A stretch of DNA of 49,723 nt from Chloroflexota bacterium (GTDB taxonomy: Bacteria > Chloroflexota > Anaerolineae > B4-G1 > DUEL01), in contig DROW01000174.1 of NCBI GenBank assembly GCA_011388675.1, positions 1 through 49,723 on the forward strand. The letters are read 5' to 3'. Of the stretch, positions 36,766 to 45,800 are shown one piece after another. The position numbers and the translations under genes were made by a program. The notes beneath the pieces were generated by a model. The model worked only from the letters and a program-made list of their open reading frames with translations, was not told the DNA's origin and ran no database searches. Positions within the stretch are counted from its first letter, which is position 1. Each line of letters begins with the position of its first letter.

Positions 36766-37619
36766 TGCACCTCCAGTACGCGGTCGCGTCCTGCTAGGTC
36801 GGGGTGGAGGGTCGGCCTGGCCGTGGGGAGGAGAGCGCGGGCCAGGTTCAGTGCGGCCCTTCCCTGCCCGGCACCGATCTCGATCAGAAGCGTACCGCCC
36901 GGTCGCAACAGGCGTGGGGCCTCCTCCAGAAGCCGACGGATCACCTCCAGGCCGTTCCGCCCCCCGTCCAGGGCGAGACGGGGCTCGTGCTCGCGGATCG
37001 ACCGGGGGAGGTCGGACCACTCCTCCGTCGCCACATAGGGAGGGTTGGAGACCAGCAGGTCCACCGGGCCGAGGAGCGGGGTCGCCAGGTCGCACTGGAG
37101 GAAGCGGATCTGGTGGGCCACGCCGTGGCGTCGGGCGTTCAGGACGGCCACCCGCAGGGCGGACATCGAGATGTCGGTGGCGTACACTTGGGTCTCTGGG
37201 AGATGGATGGCGAGGGCCACGGCGATGCATCCACTGCCGGTCCCCACGTCCACCACCGTCCGCGGTCGGCAAGCAAGGGCCAGATCTACCAGCGTCTCCG
37301 TCTCCGGCCGGGGGATCAGCACGTCGGGGGTGACCACGAAGTCCAGGCCGTAGAACTCGATGTGGCCGGTTAAGTAGGGTAGGGGATACCCCGTTGCGCG
37401 GCGGCGGAGGAGGTGTCGGTAACGGGCCATCTCCTGGGGGGCGAGGAGGCGCTCGGGGTGGGCGAGCAGCGCCTCGCGGGAGAGGCCGGTGACGTGGGAA
37501 AGGAGGCACTCTGCCTCCAGGCGGGCGGAATCGGCGATGGAACGGAGGCGGTCCGTGCCCTCAACCAGGGCTTCCCCTATCGAGAATCCCGAAGGTCCCC
37601 TTGCCACTTCCTGGCCCAT
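36750..37619 (-). CDS. prmC: release-factor glutamine N5-methyltransferase
   Basis: SAM motif VVDVGTGSGCIA and substrate motif SNPPY. The start is ambiguous, either ATG at 37619 or TTG at 37646. Confidence 0.85.
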   Translation of the reverse strand: MGQEVARGPSGFSIGEALVEGTDRLRSIADSARLEAECLLSHVTGLSREALLAHPERLLAPQEMARYRHLLRRRATGYPLPYLTGHIEFYGLDFVVTPDVLIPRPETETLVDLALACRPRTVVDVGTGSGCIAVALAIHLPETQVYATDISMSALRVAVLNARRHGVAHQIRFLQCDLATPLLGPVDLLVSNPPYVATEEWSDLPRSIREHEPRLALDGGRNGLEVIRRLLEEAPRLLRPGGTLLIEIGAGQGRAALNLARALLPTARPTLHPDLAGRDRVLEVQWRPR

Positions 37620-37709
37620 CACGATGGGGTGTTGGAGCCCGTTCAACGCTCATCTCCCGCAGGTGGCCTGTCGGTCGAACCGTCGAAAGGACGGCCTGGA
37701 AAGGCGGGG

Positions 37710-38795
37710 CTACGCAACCTCGGGTTCCTTTTCCGCCATCTCTTTCAACCGTTCCTCCTGTTCGTGGGCGATCAGCGCGTCGATGATCAGGTCCAGATCG
37801 CCGTCCAGCACGTCCGGCAGCCGGTAGATGGTCAGGCCGATGCGGTGGTCGGTAACCCGGTTCTGGGGGAAGTTGTAGGTGCGGATCTTCTCGCTCCGCT
37901 CGCCGGTGCCCACCTGATTGCGCCGCGTTGCGGCGATCTCCTCTTGTTGTTTCCGCCGTTCGATCTCGTAGAGACGGGCGCGGAGGATGGCAAGGGCTCG
38001 CGCCTTGTTCTGGCTCTGGGACCGCTCCGACTCGCAGGCGACGACGATGCCGGTGGGTTTGTGGGTGATGCGGACGGCCGTAGCGTTCTTTTGCATATGC
38101 TGGCCGCCGGGGCCGGAGGACCCGTAAACCTCGATCTCCAGGTCTTTCGGATCGATGTGGACCTCCACCTCTTCCGCCTCTGGGAGGACGGCCACGGTGG
38201 CGGTGGAGGTGTGAATGCGACCGGAGGATTCGGTAACCGGGATACGCTGTACCCGGTGGACGCCGCTTTCAAACTTCAGGCGGGAGAAGGCTCCCTTCCC
38301 CCGGACCTCGAAGATCACCTCCTTAAAGCCGCCGATGCCCGTGGAATGGGCGCTCAGGAGTTCGGTCTTCCATCCCTGGCGCTCGGCGTACCGGGTGTAC
38401 ATCCGATACAGGTCGGCGGCAAAGAGCCCGGCCTCGTCCCCTCCTGCGCCCGCGCGGATTTCCATAATCACGTCCCGCTCGTCTCGGGGGTCCTTCGGCA
38501 GGAGGAGCAGCCGCAGCCGTTGTGCCAGTTCGCTCAGTCGCTCCTCCAGCCGGGCGACCTCCGCCTCGGCCAGTTCTCGCAGTTCCGGATCGTTCTCCTC
38601 TAGCAGGGGGCGTGTCTCTTTCAGTTCCCGTTCGAGGTCCTTGTGCTCCCGGTAGAGGGCAACCAGTTCCTCAAGGCTACTCCGTTCGCGGGCCAGTTCG
38701 GTCAGCCTCGCTGGGTCCGACGCCACGGCGGGATCTGCCAGCAGGCGGGTCAGTTCTTCGTATCGTTGTTCGATCTCTTTCAGTCGTTCCCACAT
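37710..38795 (-). CDS. prfA: peptide chain release factor 1
   Basis: Full-length RF1 with the PVT tripeptide (RIPVTES) and GGQ motif (SGPGGQHMQ). Confidence 0.95.
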   Translation of the reverse strand: MWERLKEIEQRYEELTRLLADPAVASDPARLTELARERSSLEELVALYREHKDLERELKETRPLLEENDPELRELAEAEVARLEERLSELAQRLRLLLLPKDPRDERDVIMEIRAGAGGDEAGLFAADLYRMYTRYAERQGWKTELLSAHSTGIGGFKEVIFEVRGKGAFSRLKFESGVHRVQRIPVTESSGRIHTSTATVAVLPEAEEVEVHIDPKDLEIEVYGSSGPGGQHMQKNATAVRITHKPTGIVVACESERSQSQNKARALAILRARLYEIERRKQQEEIAATRRNQVGTGERSEKIRTYNFPQNRVTDHRIGLTIYRLPDVLDGDLDLIIDALIAHEQEERLKEMAEKEPEVA

Positions 38796-38847
38796 CGTCG
38801 GGCCTCACACAAACGGCGGCCCTGCGGCCGCCCTTTTCGGCGGGGAT

Positions 38848-38876
38848 ATTATAATGGCAGAACGACGGTGCGTCAA
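38848..38876 (-). promoter_or_regulatory. near-consensus sigma70 promoter for prfA-prmC-tsaC
   Basis: On the minus strand: TTGACG (38871-38876), 17-nt spacer, TATAAT (38848-38853). Confidence 0.5.
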
Positions 38877-38913
38877 GGAGTGTTGTTTGGCCCTTGACGG
38901 GGGGCGGAGGGGG

Positions 38914-39576
38914 TCAGTTGCCCCCGCGCCGGGGGCCTCGGCGGAACCGGTCGCGCAGGGAGCCGGAGGATCGTGGTTCGTCGTCCGGCCCGGAGAGGCG
39001 GGCACCGCATTGGCTGCAGAAGCGGGCGCCTGGCTCCATCAGCGCGCCGCAACGGGGGCATTTCACCGGTTGGACGTCGCCCAGGGGCGCGCCGCAGGCG
39101 GAGCACTTGGGGGCACCGATGGGGTTGCCCACGCCGCAGTACGGGCAGACGACGACCGTCTCCTCCGCCCGCAGGCCGAGACTGGCCCCCACGCTCTCGC
39201 AGTAGTGCTCCACCGCCGCCCACACCTGCTGGGGCAGGGTCAAGCCGGAGATGGAGCGGGCGATGTCGTCGATGCGGGTGATGAGGGAGAGGGGGTTGAT
39301 GAGGGCCAGCAGGCCGGTCTGAGCCAGGTCGGCCACGGCCCCCAGCCACCGCTGTTGGCCCAGGGAGACCCGGACTCCGCCCTCGACGCGGGCGATGCCG
39401 ACGGTCAACGCCGTCTGGGGGCCGCCCCACTCCCAGTCGCGGGAGGCGATCTGGACGAGGACGTGGTCGCCGTGCCCAATCTTCTGCGCCATCAGGTCGC
39501 CCCGGTTGAACTGGGCGACGAGGGCGTCGGCCAGCGCGTCCGGCTCGATCTCGCCACGGTAGGTTCGTTGGTCCAT
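38914..39576 (-). CDS. double zinc-ribbon protein with an uncharacterised N-terminal domain
   Basis: The C-terminus is CPYCG..CSACG..CPRCG..CSQCG. The ATG follows AGGAGGTGAGATCGAT. Confidence 0.6.
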   Translation of the reverse strand: MDQRTYRGEIEPDALADALVAQFNRGDLMAQKIGHGDHVLVQIASRDWEWGGPQTALTVGIARVEGGVRVSLGQQRWLGAVADLAQTGLLALINPLSLITRIDDIARSISGLTLPQQVWAAVEHYCESVGASLGLRAEETVVVCPYCGVGNPIGAPKCSACGAPLGDVQPVKCPRCGALMEPGARFCSQCGARLSGPDDEPRSSGSLRDRFRRGPRRGGN

Positions 39577-39583
39577 ATCGATC

Positions 39584-40336
39584 TCACCTCCTGTGGAGTT
39601 CGGCGATTTGTCGCACGATCTGGGCGAAGGCGACGGGGTCGCGCCCGCGGCGGCTGGCCCCCAGCCCGTCCACGTCGGGGTCGGCCAGCAGCGCGCCGGC
39701 GTGCTCCGGGGTGACGGAACCGCCGTAGATGATGCGGACTGCCTCTGCCGTCGCTTCTCCGTGCCGTTGGATGATCCACCGGCGGATGGCCCGGCAGCCG
39801 GCGGCGACGTGGGCTGGCGACACCGGCTCTGCCCGCCCGATGGCTCCCTCCGGCTCGTAGACGAAGGCCATCCGGGTGATCTCCTCGCCGCTGCATCCGG
39901 CCAGCAGGGTGGCAAGTCGGTCGGGGTCGAAGGGCTCGCCGTAGGGTTCCCCCACCAGCAGGATGGGGCGCAGGCCGGCGTCGAGGGCCGCCCGCACCTT
40001 CCGGTTGACCGCCGGGTCGTCTTCCCCCAGCCGACGGCGTACCTCCCAGTGGCCGACCATCACCCAGGTGGCTCCGGCGTCGACCAGGAGGGGGCCGGAG
40101 ATCGCGCCGGTGTGGGCCTCGCCGGGGCCGGGCCACAGGTCCTGCCCGCCCACACTGATCCCCGTCCCCCGCAGGGCCTCCGCCAGGGTGTGGATCGCCG
40201 TATACGGCGGGCAGACGACGATCTCCACCCGCTCCACCAGATCCGCCACGCGGGGGAGGAATTCCCGGATGAAGGCCCGTGTCTGGGCCAGTGTCATCGC
40301 CATTTTCCAGTTGGAGAGGGCGAGCGGTTTGCGCAT
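39584..40336 (-). CDS. tpiA: triose-phosphate isomerase
   Basis: ..LALSNWKM.. (catalytic Lys region), ..VMVGHWEVRR.. (His/Glu region), ..IIYGGSV... I preferred the ATG at 40336. The longest ORF (GTG) reaches 40360. Confidence 0.9.
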   Translation of the reverse strand: MRKPLALSNWKMAMTLAQTRAFIREFLPRVADLVERVEIVVCPPYTAIHTLAEALRGTGISVGGQDLWPGPGEAHTGAISGPLLVDAGATWVMVGHWEVRRRLGEDDPAVNRKVRAALDAGLRPILLVGEPYGEPFDPDRLATLLAGCSGEEITRMAFVYEPEGAIGRAEPVSPAHVAAGCRAIRRWIIQRHGEATAEAVRIIYGGSVTPEHAGALLADPDVDGLGASRRGRDPVAFAQIVRQIAELHRR

Positions 40337-40389
40337 CTTCTCTTTCCAAGTGCTAACCACGGAGACAGCAGGGACACAGAGTTTCCGTA

Positions 40390-40398
40390 ATTATACCA
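40390..40398 (-). promoter_or_regulatory. extended -10 promoter candidate for tpiA
   Basis: On the minus strand, TGGTATAAT (TGn plus TATAAT), about 54 nt upstream of the ATG. Confidence 0.35.
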
Positions 40399-40475
40399 TA
40401 CCAGGTCTTACGTAGTTGGGGCGACCGGGACTTTCAGAACGAGGAGGGCGACGTTCCGTCTCAACCTCACCTCTG

Positions 40476-40525
40476 CTGCCCCCTCCCCGCAAGCGGGGAG
40501 GGGGCAGCCCGCCGCAGGCGGCGGG
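40476..40525 (-). terminator. two abutting GC-rich hairpins downstream of the secreted-protein operon
   Basis: CTGCCCCCTCCCCGC-aa-GCGGGGAGGGGGCAG (40476-40507), then CCCGCCG-cagg-CGGCGGG (40508-40525). There is no U-tract. Confidence 0.45.
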
Positions 40526-40557
40526 GGGGCAGCGATACCTATCAAATTGTATTCCCG

Positions 40558-43500
40558 TTATCCCCCGCGCAGGATGAGGGGCAGGAAAAGCAGCCGGGGG
40601 TGGGAGCCGGGGTTGAGCGGATCGGTGTTTCGGGCCACTTCCTCCCCGTCCTGCCACCCGTCGTCGTCGGTGTCCGCATCCAGCGGGTCCGTCCACCTGT
40701 CGAACTCCTGCTCGTTGGTCAGGCCATCGCCGTCGGGGTCCCCCGATGCGCCGTTATCTCCTGTGGCGTCGTTGGGGTCTAACCCCCGACCCACCTCCCA
40801 GTACGTGGGTAGGCCGTCCCCGTCGGCATCGGTGGAGGCCCCGGTCTGGCAGGTTACGGTGAAGACCATTCGGGTCCAGAGGGTGGTGGTGAGGGTGTTG
40901 GGATCGTGTTGCAGCGGGATGACGGCTAACCCGGCCAGCGTGCCCGCTCCGCTAGCGGCGGTGGTCGTGTAGACGGAGTAGGGTTGCGTCGGGTAGAGAC
41001 CATCGGCCTCGAATCGCTCCCTCACCATCCCTTGACCGTTGCCATCGCCGCTCGGGGGCACGTACATTGCACCGTCGGCCACCCAGGTCGTGCTTTGAGA
41101 GGCGGCCTGATCCCATTCCACGCTGGTAACCGCCGAGCCGGGAGGCAGGAGGGTCCAGGCCTTGAAGACGGGGAAGGGGGGCTCATCGAAACGCCCGCCG
41201 TAACCTGCCCCCGGGATCTTCAGATACCACTCGGAGCCCACCTTGTGGATGGTCCATTCGGGCACCCGCAGTTCCACGCGGTAGCGAAGGATGCCGGGTT
41301 CGAGATAGGGCGGGGGGTCGAGGTACTCCGGTCGCAGCCAGTATCGGTCCCACGACCAGGGTGGGAGGAGGAAGCACCGGGCGCGGTAGTTGGGAATGCC
41401 GTAGAGGGTGGTGATGGCGATGACCCGGCGCTCGACGGTTCCGATCCCGCCGACGTCGGTCACGTAACTGTTGACGGCCCGCCGGAAGGCCTCTCCGGCC
41501 GTGATGCAGCCGTCTTGGGCGAGGTGCTGGATGATGTATGTGGACAGTTTTTCGTTGTGCCGTGTCCCGCTCGTGTCGGTGCTGCAGCCCGTGGAGGAGA
41601 TCGCCGTGTAGCCGGTGGCCCCCACGTAGATGCCCACCTCTCTCTCGGCGAACTCCTCGGGGAACTCGGAGTAGGTGGTGCCGGCGTCGGGGGCGTGGTA
41701 GAGTTGGTTGCCGAAACTGGCCCCGTTGTGGCACCCGGAGGTGACGATGACGGCGTTGGGCAGGTCGTTCAGGGCGGCCGTGTCGCCGTAGGAGGGGTGG
41801 TCGCCAGCGTAGAACGCCTCCGCGCTCGTGGAGATAGCGTTGTAGTCCCCATGCCCCCCGAAGTAAACCAGGTCGCTTCCGGCGTTCAACTTGGGTGGTA
41901 CGTCGTTAGAGTCGTACGAACATTGCACGAGGTCATCGTCGGTGCTGGTTCCCATCCAGTCGGCTGCCAGCGTACCGCCGTCCAGGTAATCAGAGGAGGC
42001 GATGGAGATCTGGTCCGCACGGGAGAAACGGCCGTAACTGGCGAGATAGGTGTCGATCAGATCGCCGATCTGGGAGGGCGTCTCCACCAGGCGGCCCACC
42101 GCCAGTTCGGGGACCAGTTCGTGCTGGTCGCCCCAGCCGTCGTCGACGTAGGAGAGGTCGCCGTAGATGGAGTCGGTGAGGTAGTGGCCCCAGCCGTTGA
42201 CCTGACCGGGCGTGGAGTAGAGTTGGCGGATGTAACTGTCGGGGTCGGGCAGGTTGGCGCCCCAAAACCGTTCCTGGGCCGAAAACAGGTGGTCCTGTTC
42301 CCGCGCCTTCATCGGGATCACCTCGTTGGCACCGACGATGATGAGGTAGGAGAGGTTGGGATATGCGGCCTGCTTGAGGTGTTCGATATAACCGTCGATG
42401 GCCGTCACGCAGGCGTTGTTCGCCTCCACGCTTCCCTCGTTCCCCTCCCAGTTGGCGCAGGTGGTCTGGAGATCGGACGGCGCGTGATCGCTCAGGTCCC
42501 GATGGAGGGCGGTCATATTAGTGAGGTCGGATGAGGTCCCGACCAGCGTGCTGACGTCGTTCGTCAGATCGACGACGTCGGCGTGTGCATACCCCAGGTC
42601 CTCCATCCGACCGTAGTCGGTCAGGATCAGGGTGTCCACTTTCATCCGCTCGATGAGGGACCAGACGACGTTGACGAAGACGTCCTTGCCGGTCTGGCTC
42701 ATACTGTCGGGACCGGCGTAGAATCCCCAGAGGAAGTAACGACCGTCCTCCTCGATCAAGGGGTAGTGGATGTCGTTGTCGCTCTGCCGGCCTACGGGCA
42801 GGACGTTGGCGAGGGGGGAGGGCATATAGATCGCCACGTGGGTGTTGGGGGTATCGTACAGGGTGACGAGGCGATTGTCGATAGGGATACGGTAGGGGAG
42901 GCTCCATATCGGATCGTTCGGATCCACGACGTTGATGTCCGTTCGGTTCAGAGCGGTCCAGCCCTGTCCCCACTTGATAAACAGGTCGAGTTCCTGGAAC
43001 AGGGAGGCCCCTCCCCCTCCGAGGCCGAGGATGGGTTTCCCGGACCCCTGGATCTTTTCCCGAGCGCCGTCTGACCCCGACCAGTCGTAGCCCCCGCCGG
43101 TGTCGTTGCCGACGAGGATCAGGTGGTAGGGGGAGAAGTCGGTGTCCGCGACCTGGCTCAGCGGCACCAGGGTTGTGTTCACCCCGTTGGCGACCAGCAG
43201 GTCCTTGAAGGCCTCGGCGGTGTTTACGTCGGCGTCGTAGATATAGGCGGCTGCCAGGGTGGGGGTGGTGACGGTGAAGGGAGTGGAGGCCTGGGCGTAG
43301 CCTGCGTTGACGTCGGCGAAGATCTGGTGGACGCCCTCCGAGGCCTCCGGAGGGACGACCACGGGCAGGGCGAACGTGCCGTCGGACCGGAGCGACGTGG
43401 AGCCGAGGTGGCGTCCGGTGTAGAGGGTGTCCCAGTACAGGGAGACCGTGTCGAAGGGGCCATAACCGGAGAAGGTGCCGGTGACCAGCGTCCAGGTCCC

Positions 43501-43650
43501 CGGCGGGCCGGAGGTGGGAGCAGCAGCGATGGTGTCCGCGAGGGGGGTGGAAGACACCCCCCTCGCAGGTAGAAGCATTCCGGTCAACAGCAACACGGTG
43601 CCGAGAAGCAGACGAGCGACGGTTCCCAGTTTAGAGCCCTTTGCGTTCAC
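40558..43650 (-). CDS. secreted peptidase C25 (gingipain-like) family protein with C-terminal thrombospondin-type-3-like Ca-binding repeats
   Basis: Signal peptide (ARLLLGTVLLLTGMLLPARG). C25-like blocks: YLIIVGANEVIPMK, YGDLSYVDDGWGD..VPELAVGRL, VYFGGHGDYN (His), VIVTSGCHNG (Cys). TSP3-like repeats: DADGDGLP..DPDGDGLTNEQE..DADTDDDGWQDGEE. GTG start 6 nt after AGGAGG. Confidence 0.7.
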   Translation of the reverse strand: MNAKGSKLGTVARLLLGTVLLLTGMLLPARGVSSTPLADTIAAAPTSGPPGTWTLVTGTFSGYGPFDTVSLYWDTLYTGRHLGSTSLRSDGTFALPVVVPPEASEGVHQIFADVNAGYAQASTPFTVTTPTLAAAYIYDADVNTAEAFKDLLVANGVNTTLVPLSQVADTDFSPYHLILVGNDTGGGYDWSGSDGAREKIQGSGKPILGLGGGGASLFQELDLFIKWGQGWTALNRTDINVVDPNDPIWSLPYRIPIDNRLVTLYDTPNTHVAIYMPSPLANVLPVGRQSDNDIHYPLIEEDGRYFLWGFYAGPDSMSQTGKDVFVNVVWSLIERMKVDTLILTDYGRMEDLGYAHADVVDLTNDVSTLVGTSSDLTNMTALHRDLSDHAPSDLQTTCANWEGNEGSVEANNACVTAIDGYIEHLKQAAYPNLSYLIIVGANEVIPMKAREQDHLFSAQERFWGANLPDPDSYIRQLYSTPGQVNGWGHYLTDSIYGDLSYVDDGWGDQHELVPELAVGRLVETPSQIGDLIDTYLASYGRFSRADQISIASSDYLDGGTLAADWMGTSTDDDLVQCSYDSNDVPPKLNAGSDLVYFGGHGDYNAISTSAEAFYAGDHPSYGDTAALNDLPNAVIVTSGCHNGASFGNQLYHAPDAGTTYSEFPEEFAEREVGIYVGATGYTAISSTGCSTDTSGTRHNEKLSTYIIQHLAQDGCITAGEAFRRAVNSYVTDVGGIGTVERRVIAITTLYGIPNYRARCFLLPPWSWDRYWLRPEYLDPPPYLEPGILRYRVELRVPEWTIHKVGSEWYLKIPGAGYGGRFDEPPFPVFKAWTLLPPGSAVTSVEWDQAASQSTTWVADGAMYVPPSGDGNGQGMVRERFEADGLYPTQPYSVYTTTAASGAGTLAGLAVIPLQHDPNTLTTTLWTRMVFTVTCQTGASTDADGDGLPTYWEVGRGLDPNDATGDNGASGDPDGDGLTNEQEFDRWTDPLDADTDDDGWQDGEEVARNTDPLNPGSHPRLLFLPLILRGG

Positions 43651-43665
43651 AGGGTACCTCCTGTG

Positions 43666-45732
43666 CTAATGGCCGCGCAGGACGAGGGGGAGGAAGACGC
43701 GGGAGGGGAGGCGCCAGATCCGGACCTCGACGTAGTCGGCGAAGCCGTCTTCGGGACGGCGGTAGACGGTGATGGAGGAGGAAGTGAGGCTGCGCCAGTA
43801 GGTTCCCACTCGGTCGTCGGCGTTGTAGCCCGCCGGGGGGTTGGCGCCGAAGTCGGCCCCGCCGTAGTGCCGCTGGTTCACGCCGTTCGAGGCACTGAAT
43901 TGCCACATCACTACCAAGTAGTCGTACGGATTTCCTCCTAGGTTGTGGGTAAACGTCTGAGACACGTCCCGCCCGATGAGCGTCCAGTCGCTGTCGTAGT
44001 CCGGCGCTGCCATTCGCCATATGCGCACGCGCACCTGCTCGGCGTAGATGTCCTCGGGGCGGCGGTAAACGGTGATGGAGGAGTTGTCGAGGCTACGCCA
44101 GTAGGCTCCCACCCGATCGTCCTCGTTCATCCCCGAGGGCGGATGGTCTCCGAAGTCCGCCCCGCCGTAGTAGCGCTGATTCACGCCGCTGCCTGTGTTC
44201 CTGTACTGCAGGTCGACCAGGTAATCGCCAATGGACCCTCCCAGGTTGTGGTTCAGGGTGGTGGAAGTGTCTTGGGCCAGGGAGACCCAGCCGCTGTCGT
44301 AGTCCGGTTGGGGCATCTTCCAGATGCGGACGCGGACCTGTTCGGCGTAGATGTCCTCGGGGCGGCGGTAAACGGTGATGGAGGAGGAGGTGAGGCTGCG
44401 CCAATAGGCTCCCACCCGCTCGTTCTCCGCTGAGCCGCCGAACGACTTGGCTCCGAAGTCCGCCCCGCCGTAGTAGCGGAGGTTGACTCCGTTGTTGCCG
44501 CTCATCCTGTACTGCATATCCACCAGGTAGTCGTCCGTGTCGCCCCCCAGATCGTGGGTGATGGTTTTGGCCTCGTTTTGTCCTATGGAGACCCAACCGC
44601 TGTCGTAATCGGGGTAGGTGGGGGTCCAGTAACGCCAGATGCGGATGCGGACCTGCTCGGCGTAGATGTCCTCGGGGCGGCGGTAAACGGTGATGGAGGA
44701 GTCGTCGAGGCTGCGCCAGTAGGCTCCCACCCGATCATCCTCGTTCATCCCCGAGGGCGGATGGGCTCCGAAATCCATCCCGCCGAAATACCGCTGGTTG
44801 ATGCCGCTGCCCCCGCTCCAATATTCCATGTAGACCACGTAGTCGTCGGGATCGCCGCCGATGTTGTGGTACAGCGTCTTCACCTGATCGGTGCCCAGGG
44901 AGACCCATCCGCTGTCGTAGGTGGGGTTGGGCCGGACCCAGATGCGGACGCGGACCTGCTCGGCGTAATCGTCCTCCGCGCGGCGGAAGAGGGTGATGCT
45001 AGTGGTGTTCAGGGACCGCCAGTACACTCCCACCCGGTCGTCCTCCCGGGTGCCGTTGAAGGCCAGGGCTCCGAAGTCCGCCCCGCCGTAGTAGCGCTGG
45101 TTGACGCCGCTGTCGCTGTTACGGTACTCCATATAGACCACGTAGTCGTCGACGTTGCCTCCGAGGTTGTGGTTGAGGGTCGTGCCTGTGGCCCCTGGCG
45201 TCAGGGAGATCCAGCCGCTGTCGTAGTCAGGGTAAGCATCGACCCAGATGCGGATGCGCACACGCTCGGCGTAGATGTCCTCCGGGCGGCGGTAGACGGT
45301 GATGGTGGAGGTGGTGAGGCTGCGCCAGTAGGCCCCTACCCGCTCGTCCTCCGCTGAGCCACCGAACGACTTGGCCCCGAAGTCCGCCCCGCCGCAGTAG
45401 CGGAGGTTGACCCCATTGTTGCCGCTACTTGTCCAGTACTGCATATCCACGACGTAATCGTCCACGTCTCCCCCCAGGTTATGGGTGAGCGTCTCCGCCT
45501 CGCCGGGGTCTATGGAGATCCAACCGCTATCGTAGGCGGGACCGCCCGAGTAGGCGTAGGTAGTGGCGGAGGTTGCCTCGATCGCTGCACCTCCCATCGG
45601 GGCTGGTTCAGACATCCCCGGGAGATACCCCGGTTCCTCGGGACCGCTCGGTCCCTGGGCGTGAATCGCGCCTAAGGGCAAGATCGTGAGGATCACGATG
45701 ATGCTGCTGATGACCATCCACTTCGTTTTCAT
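43666..45732 (-). CDS. secreted protein built from six tandem ~102-aa repeats of an unrecognised domain
   Basis: Signal peptide (VISSIIVILTILPLGAIHAQG). Six units follow, each with YDSGW..HNLGG..DDY(V/L)V..GVNQRYYGGADFG..DDRVGAYWRSL..SITVYRRPEDIYAEQVRVRIW. SD is AAGGAG. Confidence 0.75.
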   Translation of the reverse strand: MKTKWMVISSIIVILTILPLGAIHAQGPSGPEEPGYLPGMSEPAPMGGAAIEATSATTYAYSGGPAYDSGWISIDPGEAETLTHNLGGDVDDYVVDMQYWTSSGNNGVNLRYCGGADFGAKSFGGSAEDERVGAYWRSLTTSTITVYRRPEDIYAERVRIRIWVDAYPDYDSGWISLTPGATGTTLNHNLGGNVDDYVVYMEYRNSDSGVNQRYYGGADFGALAFNGTREDDRVGVYWRSLNTTSITLFRRAEDDYAEQVRVRIWVRPNPTYDSGWVSLGTDQVKTLYHNIGGDPDDYVVYMEYWSGGSGINQRYFGGMDFGAHPPSGMNEDDRVGAYWRSLDDSSITVYRRPEDIYAEQVRIRIWRYWTPTYPDYDSGWVSIGQNEAKTITHDLGGDTDDYLVDMQYRMSGNNGVNLRYYGGADFGAKSFGGSAENERVGAYWRSLTSSSITVYRRPEDIYAEQVRVRIWKMPQPDYDSGWVSLAQDTSTTLNHNLGGSIGDYLVDLQYRNTGSGVNQRYYGGADFGDHPPSGMNEDDRVGAYWRSLDNSSITVYRRPEDIYAEQVRVRIWRMAAPDYDSDWTLIGRDVSQTFTHNLGGNPYDYLVVMWQFSASNGVNQRHYGGADFGANPPAGYNADDRVGTYWRSLTSSSITVYRRPEDGFADYVEVRIWRLPSRVFLPLVLRGH
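43705..45534 (-). repeat. in-frame tandem DNA repeats (period ~300-312 nt, 6 copies) inside the CDS
   Basis: For example, 44038-44145 and 44656-44763 differ at only about 3 positions. Repeats 1 and 4 also share long near-identical stretches (45260-45420 vs 44340-44500). Confidence 0.8.
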
Positions 45733-45753
45733 TAGATTCTCCTTTCCTGTATT

Positions 45754-45782
45754 TTGACAAGCGTTCCTCCTCGGACTATACT
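45754..45782 (+). promoter_or_regulatory. sigma70-type promoter for the small lipoprotein gene
   Basis: TTGACA (45754-45759), 17-nt spacer, TATACT (45777-45782). Confidence 0.5.
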
Positions 45783-45800
45783 CCCCTTGGGAGGGGCAGG

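Noticed and set aside
43705-45534. Regularly spaced ~300-nt repeats that could superficially suggest a repeat array or CRISPR
   Set aside because: The period is about 300 nt and there are no short unique spacers. The repeats are in frame within one ORF that has a signal peptide, so this is protein-domain tandem duplication, not a CRISPR array.
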